Positions 20,531-30,435 of a stretch of DNA of 39,099 nt are shown one piece after another (position 1 is the first letter of the stretch; each line of letters starts with the position of its first letter). This DNA is from an uncultured Actinomycetes bacterium (lineage in GTDB: Bacteria > Actinomycetota > Thermoleophilia > UBA2241), in NCBI GenBank assembly GCA_963755025.1, contig CAVWIH010000005.1, positions 1 through 39,099 on the forward strand. Direction: 5' to 3'. The notes under the pieces were generated by a model. The model was given only the letters and a program-made list of their open reading frames with translations. It did not search any database and was not told the DNA's origin. Made by a program: the position numbers and the translations under genes.

Positions 20531-21445
20531 TCAGTCGAAGCCGAGCAGCACGACCTCTTCTTCGAGGCGCACGCCGCAGTGCTCGAACACGCGGCGGCGC
20601 ACCTCGGCGGCGACACGGCGGATGTCGTCGGCCCCCGCGCCGGGGTGGGCGACGATGAAGTTGGCGTGCTCGCGGCTGACCTCGGCGAGACCCACGCGCA
20701 TGCCCTTGAGGCCGGCCTCGTCGATGAGCCGGGCGGCGGGCACGTCGCGCGAGGGGTTCTTGAAGTAGCTGCCGCAGGAGGCGTAGTCGAGGGGGTGCTT
20801 GCCGCGCCGCAGGTCGGCGTCGCGGGCGATCTCGGCCAGCAGGGCGGCGGCCTGTCCGGAGTGCAGCGCGAAGGTCGCTTCGAGGACCACGGCCTGGTGG
20901 TCGCCCTTGAGGCCGCTCGTGCGGTAGCCCAGGGCCAGGTCGACAGGCGTCGCTACGTGCTCGCGGCCGCCGGCCAGCACGCGGGCGCGCACAAGGGCGT
21001 CGCCCACGGCCCTTCCGTAAGCGCCGGCGTTGCCGACCACGGCGCCGCCGATCGAACCAGGGATGTTGCCGGCGAACTCGAGGCCGGCCAGGCCGCGTCG
21101 CGCGACGTCGCCGACCACCTCGGGCAGGAGCGCTCCGGCGCCCGCCGTGAGCAACTCGCCGTCGAGGCGCACGTCGGCGTTGCGGGCGAGCACGACGAGG
21201 CCGCGGATGCCGCGGTCGCTGACGAGCACGTTGGTCGCCTGGCCGAGGACCGTGACCTCGAGGCCGAGCTCGCCGCCGACGACCACGGCGCGCCGCAGGT
21301 CTTCGGTGCGGCCGGCCACGTAGAGGTAGTCGGCCGGCCCGCCGACCTGATAGGCGCAGTGCGGCCCGATCGGCAGCGCGCGCTGCAGGCCGGGCAGCTC
21401 GCGCTCGAGGATGTCGCCCGCGTTGGGGTTGAGGCTGTCGTCCAT
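20531..21445 (-). CDS. murB: UDP-N-acetylenolpyruvoylglucosamine reductase
   Basis: YQVGGPAD, LGQATNVLVSDRG, GLEFAGNIPGSIGGAVVGNAGAYG, SCGSYFKNP, HANFIV, LEEEV. Confidence 0.93.
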   Translation of the reverse strand: MDDSLNPNAGDILERELPGLQRALPIGPHCAYQVGGPADYLYVAGRTEDLRRAVVVGGELGLEVTVLGQATNVLVSDRGIRGLVVLARNADVRLDGELLTAGAGALLPEVVGDVARRGLAGLEFAGNIPGSIGGAVVGNAGAYGRAVGDALVRARVLAGGREHVATPVDLALGYRTSGLKGDHQAVVLEATFALHSGQAAALLAEIARDADLRRGKHPLDYASCGSYFKNPSRDVPAARLIDEAGLKGMRVGLAEVSREHANFIVAHPGAGADDIRRVAAEVRRRVFEHCGVRLEEEVVLLGFD

Positions 21446-21499
21446 GGTCCCCTTCTGAGACTCCCGCTGTGGCCTGATTATGACATCACCACCGAGCGG

Positions 21500-21559
21500 T
21501 TGACGGGCCACTGTTCGGCACGATAAAGTGCGTAACTCCTGTAGGAAAGAGGGAGAATA
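21500..21559 (+). promoter_or_regulatory. Sigma70-like promoter and candidate Rrf2 operator
   Basis: TTGACG-18 nt-TAAAGT (21500-21529), followed by an imperfect inverted repeat CTCC-N12-GGAG over the RBS. Confidence 0.4.
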
Positions 21560-21563
21560 CGCC

Positions 21564-21977
21564 GTGCACATCTCCACCCGATGTCGGTACGCGATCAAGG
21601 CGCTTGTGCGCCTGGCGCTTTCGTACGGCGGCGCGCCGGTGCAATCGCGCGACATCGCGACGTTCGGTGGCATTCCCGTCAAGTACCTGGAACAGGTCAT
21701 GCACGATCTGCGTCAGGGCGGTCTGGTGACCAGCACGCGCGGCAAGAACGGCGGCTACGTACTCGCGCGCTCGCCCGGGGCCGTCACCTTCGCCCAGGTG
21801 CGCGAGATCATCGACGGGCCCTTCGAGGACCAGCGAATGCCGGGCGCCGGTCAGGCCGACGCCTTCGTCGAACCCGTGTGGCACGACGTGCGGCAGGCGG
21901 TCAACGAAGTCCTGGCCGGCGCCACGATCGGAGCGGCCGCGGAACGTGCGCGGTCGACCACCATGTACGCCATCTGA
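21564..21977 (+). CDS. Rrf2-family regulator, CymR-like (no Fe-S cysteine triad)
   Basis: ISTRCRYAIKAL, KYLEQV, STRGKNGGYVLAR; C-terminal MYAI as in CymR/IscR; directly upstream of met genes. Confidence 0.88.
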   Translation: MHISTRCRYAIKALVRLALSYGGAPVQSRDIATFGGIPVKYLEQVMHDLRQGGLVTSTRGKNGGYVLARSPGAVTFAQVREIIDGPFEDQRMPGAGQADAFVEPVWHDVRQAVNEVLAGATIGAAAERARSTTMYAI

Positions 21978-23309
<1,332 letters not shown>

Positions 23310-23329
23310 GCGACCGCGCACTGCGCGCA

Positions 23330-23376
23330 GGAGCGCGGGGGGCGCTTGGCGTCCCCCCGCTCCAAACGCGTAGAAT
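23330..23376 (+). promoter_or_regulatory. Hairpin after metY plus leaderless -10 of metX
   Basis: GGAGCG..GGGGGGCGC-ttg-GCGTCCCCCCGCTCC hairpin, then TAGAAT (23371-23376) 7 nt before ATG 23384. Confidence 0.55.
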
Positions 23377-23383
23377 CGCGCTG

Positions 23384-24643
23384 ATGGACAAAACGCGCAG
23401 CGACAACCCCGGCCCGGCCACGACCAACGCGTCGCAGATAGGCGACGTGCCGATCGTCGCCGACCCCCAGGCGGGCTCCGCCGGCCTGGTCGCCACCCAG
23501 TTCGCCACCGTGGCCACGCCGCCGCACCTTCTGGCGCTCGAGGGCGGCCAGGCGCTCGGCCCCATCACGGTGGCCTACGAGACCTACGGCACGCTGAACG
23601 AGCGCCGCGACAACGCCGTGCTGGTCTCGCATGCGCTCTCCGGCGACGCCCACGTGGCCGGCCGTCACAAGCCCGACGACAAACGCCTGGGCTGGTGGGA
23701 CATGCTGGTCGGGCCGGGCAAGGCGCTCGACACCGACCGCTATTTCGTGATCTGCACGAACGTCTTGGGCGGCTGCAACGGCAGCACGGGCCCGGGGAGC
23801 ATCAACCCCGCCACCGGCGAGCCCTTCGGCACCGACTTTCCCATCATCACCATCGCCGACATGGTCGACGTGCAGGCGCTGCTGCTCGACGAGCTCGGCA
23901 TCCCCAAGCTGCTGGCCACGATCGGCGGCTCGATGGGCGGCATGCAGGCGCTGCAGCTGGCCGTCGCCTACCCCGAGCGCACGCACAGCGTGATCGCCGT
24001 CGCCACAGCCGCCCAGCAGTCGCCCCAGGCGATCGCCTTCAACGAGGTCGGCCGCCAGGCGATCATGGCCGACCCCAACTGGCGCGGCGGCCATTACTAC
24101 GGCCACAAGCTGCCGCGGCGCGGCCTCTCGGTGGCGCGCATGATCGGCCACATCACCTACCTGTCCGACATCGCCATGCGCGAGAAGTTCGGCCGTCGGC
24201 TGCAGGAGCTGCCCGACTACTCGTTCACCTTCTCGGCCGACTTCGAGGTCGAAAGCTACCTGCACTACCAGGGCATGGCCTTCACCGACCGCTTCGACGC
24301 CAACAGCTACCTGTACATCACGCGGGCGATCGACTACTTCGACCTCACACGTGGCAGGGCGAGCCTGGCCGACGCCCTGCGCCACACCCAGGCGCGCTAC
24401 CTCGTCATGTCGTTCTCGAGCGACGGGCTGCACCCGCCCTACCAGCTCAAGCAGATCGTGAGCGCCCTGCGCGCCACCCACAAGCACGTGAGCTACTACG
24501 AGGCGCAGTCCGACTTCGGCCACGACTCGTTCCTGCTGGAGCGCTTCAAGATGGAGGGCGTCATCTCGAACTTCCTGGCAAGCAGCGCGGCCACCTTCAC
24601 GCCGGCCGCCGCGCCGCCGGTCGCGCCGGCGCGACCGGCCTGA
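23384..24643 (+). CDS. metX: Homoserine O-acetyltransferase
   Basis: HALSGDAH, GWWD, NVLGGC, IGGSMGGMQAL (nucleophile Ser), RFDANSY, GHDSFL. Confidence 0.95.
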   Translation: MDKTRSDNPGPATTNASQIGDVPIVADPQAGSAGLVATQFATVATPPHLLALEGGQALGPITVAYETYGTLNERRDNAVLVSHALSGDAHVAGRHKPDDKRLGWWDMLVGPGKALDTDRYFVICTNVLGGCNGSTGPGSINPATGEPFGTDFPIITIADMVDVQALLLDELGIPKLLATIGGSMGGMQALQLAVAYPERTHSVIAVATAAQQSPQAIAFNEVGRQAIMADPNWRGGHYYGHKLPRRGLSVARMIGHITYLSDIAMREKFGRRLQELPDYSFTFSADFEVESYLHYQGMAFTDRFDANSYLYITRAIDYFDLTRGRASLADALRHTQARYLVMSFSSDGLHPPYQLKQIVSALRATHKHVSYYEAQSDFGHDSFLLERFKMEGVISNFLASSAATFTPAAAPPVAPARPA

Positions 24644-24667
24644 CGGCGCGAGCGGGGGTCGGGGTCA

Positions 24668-25279
24668 ATGGATCGTTTTGATTACAAGCTGATCGAGGAG
24701 ATGGTCCCCGAGGGGGCTACCGTGCTCGACCTGGGCTGCGGCGACGGTGAGCTGCTGGCCGCGCTGGTGCGCGACAAGCACGTGCGCGGCAGCGGCGTCG
24801 ACGTCGACCCGGCGGCCGTCGAGGCCTGCGTGGGCAAGGGCCTGTCGGTCTTTCACGGCGACCTGGACGAGGGTCTGGCCGACTACCTCGACGGCTCCAT
24901 CGACGTCGTCATCCTGAGCTTCAGCCTGCAGCAGCTGCGCCGGCCGCGCATGCTCGTGCGCGAGATGGCGCGCGTCGGCCGCCTGGCCATCGTCAGCTTC
25001 CCCAACTTCGCGCACTGGTCGGTGCGCGGCCAGCTGCTGTTGCAGGGGCGCATGCCGGTCTCGGGCGAGCTGCCTTTTCAGTGGTACGAGACGCCCAACA
25101 TCCACCTCTGCACGGTGGCCGACTTTCGCGACCTGTGCCGCCGCGAGGGCCTGCGCGTCGAGCGCGAGGCCTACCTCAACCGCTTCGACCGGCCCGCCCG
25201 CAGCCTGCGTCGTCCCAACCTGACGGCGCGCGTGGCGGTGCTCGCCGTGTCGCGTCCGGGGCCGGCGCCGGCCGGTTGA
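24668..25279 (+). CDS. metW: Methionine biosynthesis protein MetW
   Basis: VLDLGCGDGELL, IVSFPNFAHW, GRMPV, WYETPNIHLCTV; follows metX. Confidence 0.93.
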   Translation: MDRFDYKLIEEMVPEGATVLDLGCGDGELLAALVRDKHVRGSGVDVDPAAVEACVGKGLSVFHGDLDEGLADYLDGSIDVVILSFSLQQLRRPRMLVREMARVGRLAIVSFPNFAHWSVRGQLLLQGRMPVSGELPFQWYETPNIHLCTVADFRDLCRREGLRVEREAYLNRFDRPARSLRRPNLTARVAVLAVSRPGPAPAG

Positions 25280-25556
25280 GAGCGGCGCGGCGGCCAAAGG
25301 GCACGGCGCTCGTCGTGTCCGGGGGCGCCGCGATGCCGTCGCGCGGCAGGCTTTCTGTCGCCCTTGAACGGGCGCGTACGTCAACGGGACAGCCGGGTTT
25401 CAATCGGCGGAGTCTCTGCGTACACTAACGAATGGCGCACTTCAGCGTTAGACAAGAATGGCCGGACGCACAGCAGCGCCGCAACTCCGGCCGAGCGCAA
25501 CCGTAGCCCACGCACATGTCGGCATGCGGGCACGCTCCAGAACTGAGGAGGAACAG

Positions 25557-25769
25557 GTGCCTCAAGGTACAGTCAAGTGGTTTTCGACACAGAAGGGCTA
25601 CGGGTTCATCACGCAAGACGAAGGCGGCGACATCTTCGTGCACGTGACCGGTCTCGCGCCGGGCACGACCGCTCTCGACGAGAACCAGCGCGTCGAGTTC
25701 GAGCTGAGCGAAGGCCGCAAGGGTCCGCAGGCTACCGACGTCAAGCCTGCGCCGGCCGCCGAGGCCTGA
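25557..25769 (+). CDS. Cold-shock protein (CspA family)
   Basis: SD GAGGAGG then GTG; GTVKWF, KGYGFI (RNP1), DIFVHV (RNP2), KGPQA. Confidence 0.95.
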   Translation: MPQGTVKWFSTQKGYGFITQDEGGDIFVHVTGLAPGTTALDENQRVEFELSEGRKGPQATDVKPAPAAEA

Positions 25770-25804
25770 CGCTTCGCTAGCAGCATAGCCTCACCAGCAC
25801 GCCC

Positions 25805-25854
25805 GTGCGGGCGGGGGCGGTCGCGTGCGGCCGCCCCCGCCCGCACTCGTTTTT
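25805..25854 (+). terminator. Intrinsic terminator after csp
   Basis: GTGCGGGCGGGGGCGG...CCGCCCCCGCCCGCAC followed by TCGTTTTT. Confidence 0.8.
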
Positions 25855-25937
25855 CGGGGCGCTCCCGCGGGGCACACTGAAACGACATACAGCGACGACG
25901 TCTTCGTCGTCGTCCCACCGACCAAAAGGGGGAGCGC

Positions 25938-26570
25938 ATGGTCGACAACGTCACCTGGCTCGGGCACGACTCGTTTCGCATCAGCGGCTCGCAGACCATC
26001 TACATCGACCCGTGGCACATCGCCGCCGGGGCGCCACCGGCCGACATCATCCTCGTCACCCACGAGCACTCCGACCACTTCGACAAAGACGACATCGCGC
26101 GTATCTCGCAGCCGGCCACCGTGGTCGTCGGGCCCGCCGAGGTCACCGGGCAGGTCGACGGCGACACGCGCACGGTGGCCCCGGGCGACACGGTCGTCAT
26201 AGGCAGCGCGACCGTACGTGCGGTACCGGCGTACAACACCGACAAGTTCCGCGAGCCGGGAGTCGTGTTCCACCCCCGCGCCGACGCGAAGGTCGGGTAC
26301 GTGGTCGAGATCGACGGCACGACCTACTACCACGCCGGCGACACCGACGTGATCGACGAGATGTCCGAGATCGACGTCGACGTCGCCATGATCCCGGTGA
26401 GCGGCACCTACGTGATGACCGCCGACGAAGCCGCGCGCGCCTGCGGCAAGCTCCACGCCGGCGTCGTCATACCTATGCACTACGACACCATCGTGGGCTC
26501 GGTGGCCGACGCCCGGCACTTCGCCGAGCTGTGCCCGCTGCCAGTCGAGATCCTGTCGAAGGGCGCCTGA
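25938..26570 (+). CDS. Metallo-beta-lactamase-fold hydrolase
   Basis: WLGHDSF, IYIDP, THEHSDH, YHAGDT, IPMHY. Confidence 0.9.
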   Translation: MVDNVTWLGHDSFRISGSQTIYIDPWHIAAGAPPADIILVTHEHSDHFDKDDIARISQPATVVVGPAEVTGQVDGDTRTVAPGDTVVIGSATVRAVPAYNTDKFREPGVVFHPRADAKVGYVVEIDGTTYYHAGDTDVIDEMSEIDVDVAMIPVSGTYVMTADEAARACGKLHAGVVIPMHYDTIVGSVADARHFAELCPLPVEILSKGA

Positions 26571-26581
26571 GCCGCGCGCCG

Positions 26582-26785
26582 CTAGTCTTCGTCGATGAGG
26601 ATGGCCTCTTCGGGGCAGGCCTCTTCGGCGCGTCGCACGCACTCCCAGAGGGTGGGGTGCGGCTCGGGCTCGAGCACGTCGGCGAGACCGTCGGACTCGC
26701 GGATGACGAAGACCTCGGGGCACACCGCCTCGCAGGCGGCGACGCCTGTGCACTTGTCGTAGTCGATCCTCACGCGCATGCCCAT
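26582..26785 (-). CDS. Single-cluster ferredoxin, probably [3Fe-4S]
   Basis: CTGVAACEAVCPEVF...AEEACPEEAI; leaderless TAGACT 7 nt before the ATG. Confidence 0.88.
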   Translation of the reverse strand: MGMRVRIDYDKCTGVAACEAVCPEVFVIRESDGLADVLEPEPHPTLWECVRRAEEACPEEAILIDED

Positions 26786-26947
26786 GGCCGAAAGTCTACG
26801 TCATGGCAAACGCTCGCCAAAACGCCGCTGCGTCGTGCTCCGGCTCGCGGCGCCGCCTGACGGGTTGGCAATCGACCAGCGGGGTACGAAGGGCATGAGA
26901 GGCGGGCCGCGGCGGCGGCCACCACACGAGCGACGGAGGGCCGGGCG

Positions 26948-27420
26948 ATGCTGAAAGAGGGCGACAGGGCGCCTGCCGTGACGGGCACGTCCTACGACGG
27001 ACGCACGTTCGACATAGGCACGCCGGGGGTCCGACGGTGCTCTATTTCTACGGGCAGGCCAACACCTCGGGCTGAACTGTCGAAGCCGTTGAGTTCAACG
27101 GCCTCCTCGACCGGTTCGCGCGGCTCGGCGTGCAGGTGATCGGCGCGAGCGTCGACCCGGTGGCCGCCAACCGCAGCTTCGCCGAGCGCTACGAGCTGGC
27201 GTTCCCGTTGCTTTGCGACACCGACTACGCCGTCTCGTCCGCCTTCGGCGTGGCGCGCCCCATGGTCGGTGTGGCCAAGCGCACGACCTTCCTGATCGAC
27301 CCCGACGGCACGCTGCGCAAGGTCTACCCCAAGGTGCAGGCCAAGGGCCACGCGGCCGAGGTGCTGGCCGCGGCCCACGACCTCTGGGGCGCGGCCGCCC
27401 CCGACGCGGCGACCGGCTAG
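26948..27420 (+). CDS. bcp: Selenocysteine-containing BCP/PrxQ peroxiredoxin (one-base deletion near 27028, UGA at 27073)
   Basis: MLKEGDRAP..., then after the G-run frameshift PTVLYFYGQANTSG-UGA-TVEAVEF, in frame with VIGASVD...FPLLCD...KRTTFLIDPDG...GHAAEVL. Confidence 0.85.
27079..27111 (+). promoter_or_regulatory. Bacterial SECIS-like hairpin
   Basis: GTCGA-a-GCCGTTG-agtt-CAACGGC-ctcc-TCGAC begins 4 nt after the UGA. The loop starts 16 nt after the UGA and has GU at positions 2-3. Confidence 0.75.
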
Positions 27421-27532
27421 ACGACAGATGCGGCCGCCGCCCAACGCGGCGGCCGGCCAGACGACACGCGGCCGCCCTCAGCGCGGCGGCCGGCCAGACG
27501 ACACGCGGCCGCCTTCAGCGCGGCGACCGGCC
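27391..27532. repeat. ~37-40-bp tandem repeat x4 starting inside the bcp 3' end
   Basis: Unit GCGGCCGCC...CGCGGCGRCCGGCyAG-ACGACA; each unit contains a GCCGC/GCGGC inverted pair. Confidence 0.85.
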
Positions 27533-27571
27533 GAACGGCGGGGCCGCTGGGCCGCGCAAAGGAGACAGATC

Positions 27572-28984
27572 ATGCGCCTTGAGCACGACTCGCTGGGCGA
27601 CAAGGAGGTGCCGCAGGACGCCCTGTACGGCATTCAGACCCAGCGCGCCATCGAGAACTTCCCCATCTCGGGGCTGCCGCCGCGGCCCGAGCTGGTCGAC
27701 GGCATCGTGCTCGTCAAGAAGGCCGCCGCGCAGGTCAATCGCGAGCTCGGGCTGCTTGGGGCCGACAAGGCCGGGGCCATCGTGCGCGCCGCCGACGAAG
27801 TCCTGGGCGGCGCCCACCGCGACCAGTTCCGGGTCGACCCCTTCCAGGCCGGCGCCGGCACCTCGCACAACATGAACGCCAACGAGGTCCTCGCCAACCG
27901 CGCCAACGAGCTGCTCGGCGGCGGTCCGCGCGGCGTCTACCGGCCCGTCCATCCCAACGACGACGTCAACCGGGGGCAGTCGTCGAACGACGACATCCCC
28001 ACCGCCATACGCCTTGCCCTGCAGCGCCCGGCGGCTGCGCTCGACGCCGCGCTGCTCGACCTGCAGCACGCCCTGCGGGCCAAGGCCGCGGAGTTTGATC
28101 ACGTGCTAAAGAGCGCTCGCACGCACCTGCAGGACGCCGTGCCCATCCGCCTGGGCCAGGAGTTCGCCGCCTACGCCGTGACGGTGGGCAAGGCTCGCAT
28201 CCGCGTGGCGGAGGCGCTCGAACAGACGCGCGCCTTGCACATCGGCGGCACCGCGGCGGGCACCGGCCTGAACACCGACCCGCGCTACGCGGGCCTCATG
28301 GTCGCCCGTCTCTCGGAGCTCGCCGGCGCGCCGCTGCGCGCCGCCGACGACCTGGTGCAGGCCACGCAGAGCCTCGACGATTTCGTCGCCTTCTCGGCAG
28401 CGCTGCGTGGGGCGGCGCTCAGCCTGATCCAGGTGGCCAACGACCTGCGTCTGCTGTCGAGCGGGCCGCGCACCGGCCTGGCCGAGATCACGCTGCCGCC
28501 GGTGCAGCCGGGCTCGTCGATCATGCCCGGCAAGGTCAACCCGGTGATGGCCGAGATGCTCGACATGGTCTGCTTTCACGTGGTCGGCGCCGACGCCGCG
28601 GTGGCGTTGGCCGGCCAGGCGGGGCAGCTCGAGATCAACGTCATGACGCCGCTGGTCGCCTTTGAGCTGCTGTTCGCGCTGCAGGTGCTGGGCGCGGCGG
28701 TGGCCGCCTTCACCGAGCGCTGCGTGCGCGGCATCACCGCCAACGAAGACAACTGCCGGCGCTGGGGCGAGCGCAGCCTGGGCCTGGCGACGGCGCTCAA
28801 CCCGGTGATCGGCTACGAGGCGGCCGCCGAGGTCGCCAAAGAGGCGCACCGCACGGGCAAGTCGGTGCCCGAGGTGGTGCTGGAACGCGGCATTCTGAGC
28901 GCCGACGAGCTCGCGCGGCGGCTCGACCCGGCCTCGCTCACCCAGCCACGCCCGCCGGCGGCCTCGGGCGCCGACGAGAAGTAG
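27572..28984 (+). CDS. aspA: Aspartate ammonia-lyase (fumarase/aspartase superfamily)
   Basis: YGIQTQRAIENF, FQAGAGTSHNMNANEVLANRA (AspA-like, not the FumC WQTGSGT), RTHLQDAVP, GSSIMPGKVNP. Confidence 0.8.
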   Translation: MRLEHDSLGDKEVPQDALYGIQTQRAIENFPISGLPPRPELVDGIVLVKKAAAQVNRELGLLGADKAGAIVRAADEVLGGAHRDQFRVDPFQAGAGTSHNMNANEVLANRANELLGGGPRGVYRPVHPNDDVNRGQSSNDDIPTAIRLALQRPAAALDAALLDLQHALRAKAAEFDHVLKSARTHLQDAVPIRLGQEFAAYAVTVGKARIRVAEALEQTRALHIGGTAAGTGLNTDPRYAGLMVARLSELAGAPLRAADDLVQATQSLDDFVAFSAALRGAALSLIQVANDLRLLSSGPRTGLAEITLPPVQPGSSIMPGKVNPVMAEMLDMVCFHVVGADAAVALAGQAGQLEINVMTPLVAFELLFALQVLGAAVAAFTERCVRGITANEDNCRRWGERSLGLATALNPVIGYEAAAEVAKEAHRTGKSVPEVVLERGILSADELARRLDPASLTQPRPPAASGADEK

Positions 28985-29150
28985 CGGCTGCGGCGCGCCG
29001 GCCTTTCCGATCGCAGGCGTCGCGACGGACTGCCCATGCGACTGTGTGTGGGCGGGCGCGCTACCGGCGCCGCGTGCGCGAGTACGAGAGCCAGAGCCGC
29101 AGGGCCAGCGCGCCGGCGAACACCGCGAGGACGATCCTGACGATCACGGC

Positions 29151-30435
29151 CTAAAAGAGCGCCTCGCCCGTGTGGCGGTCGTCGCTCGACGGGTCGCCGG
29201 CGGGTTCGGCGGTCTTGGTCGGCGGCTCGCCGTTGATGGCGGCCAGGTCGCTGGCCGAGCCGTTGACGGCTGCGGCGAGGGCGGCGATGGCCTCCGCCAT
29301 GTCGACTTCGGCTTCCTCGGCGCTCGCAGCCGCGGGGTCGTCGAGCGGCTGGGCGTCGGGCGCGAGAGTCGGCTCATCGCCGGGCGTGTCGCCGGGCTCA
29401 TCGCCGGGCGTGTCGCCAGGCACGGGCCTCGCGGCCGCGACGCCATCGGGAGCCGCTGCCAGGTACGTGTAGCCGTCGAGCATGTTGCACCAGGCCGACC
29501 AGCGCGCGCCGTCGGCCGTGCGGCCGGCGATCTCGTCGACCGCGGCCAGGCGGGCGGTCATGTCGTCGCAGTAGTGCACGATGACGGCCTCGCGGGTGGC
29601 GGGCACGACCGGGCTGCCCTTCTCGCGCTCGCCGTGGTGCGAGACGATGATGTGGCGCAGCTGGGCGCCGATCTCGTCGGGAAAGTCGGGGATCTCGTCG
29701 ATCAGGCTGCGCACGATGTCGTGGCCGATCACGATCTCGCCGTGCAGGCGGCCGGCGTCGGTGAAGCCCGGCGCCATGGGGTCGGCCGAATACGAGTGCA
29801 CCTTGCCGATGTCGTGCAGCAGGGCGCCGGCGACCGTGAGGTCACGGTTGACGGTGGCGAAGTTCGCGGCGACTGCGCCGGCGACCTCGGCGACGATGAG
29901 GGAATGCTCGAGCAGGCCGTGGCGGTAGGCGTGGTGGTTGCGCACGGCTGCCGGCACGATGGTGTACGTGGCGCCGGGTTCGCGGGTGGGGTCGAGGGCG
30001 CGCACCAGCAGGGCGTGCAGCGCGGGGCTTTGGACCGATGCGACGAGCGCGCGCAGCCGACCGACGAGCTCGTCGAGGGGTACCGGCGAGACGGGCACGA
30101 GCGTGCCGATGTCGTACTCGCCCGGCTGCATGATGCGCAGGGTCCGCACCTGGAACTGCTGGCCGTACTTCTCGTGGACGGAGTAGGTGCCCCGCACCTC
30201 TACGACATCGCCGTTGGTGAGGCGCTCGACGACGCCGCCGTCGGCGTCGAAATGGATGGCCTTGACCTCGCCCGAGGCGTCGCGCAGCTTGAGCCGCAGG
30301 AACGACTTGCCGTTGCGGTCGGTGGCCGGCTCTTTGTCGATCGCGACGAAATAGGTGGTCACGTCGCGGCCTTCGGGCAGCGCGCTGACGAGGATCTTGG
30401 CGCGTGAGGTCGGTCTCGGGGGTGGCGTCGGTCAT
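29151..30435 (-). CDS. OB-fold + HD-domain protein, YhaM/Cbf1-like 3'-5' exoribonuclease (frameshift near 30395)
   Basis: FLRLKLRDASGEVKA (OB fold); PAAVRNHHAYRHGLLEHS, GALLHDIGK, HIIVSHHG; acidic C-terminal tail. Confidence 0.88.

Noticed and set aside
27391-27532. 37-bp repeats as a CRISPR array (also 18970-19054 and 12712-12776)
   Set aside because: The units are head-to-tail with no unique spacers, derive from adjacent gene ends, and there are no cas genes in the window.
27572-28984. fumC assignment
   Set aside because: It shares the GSSIMPGKVN signature and QSSND, but the QAGAGTS and TQRAIENF segments fit AspA better. A tree would settle it.
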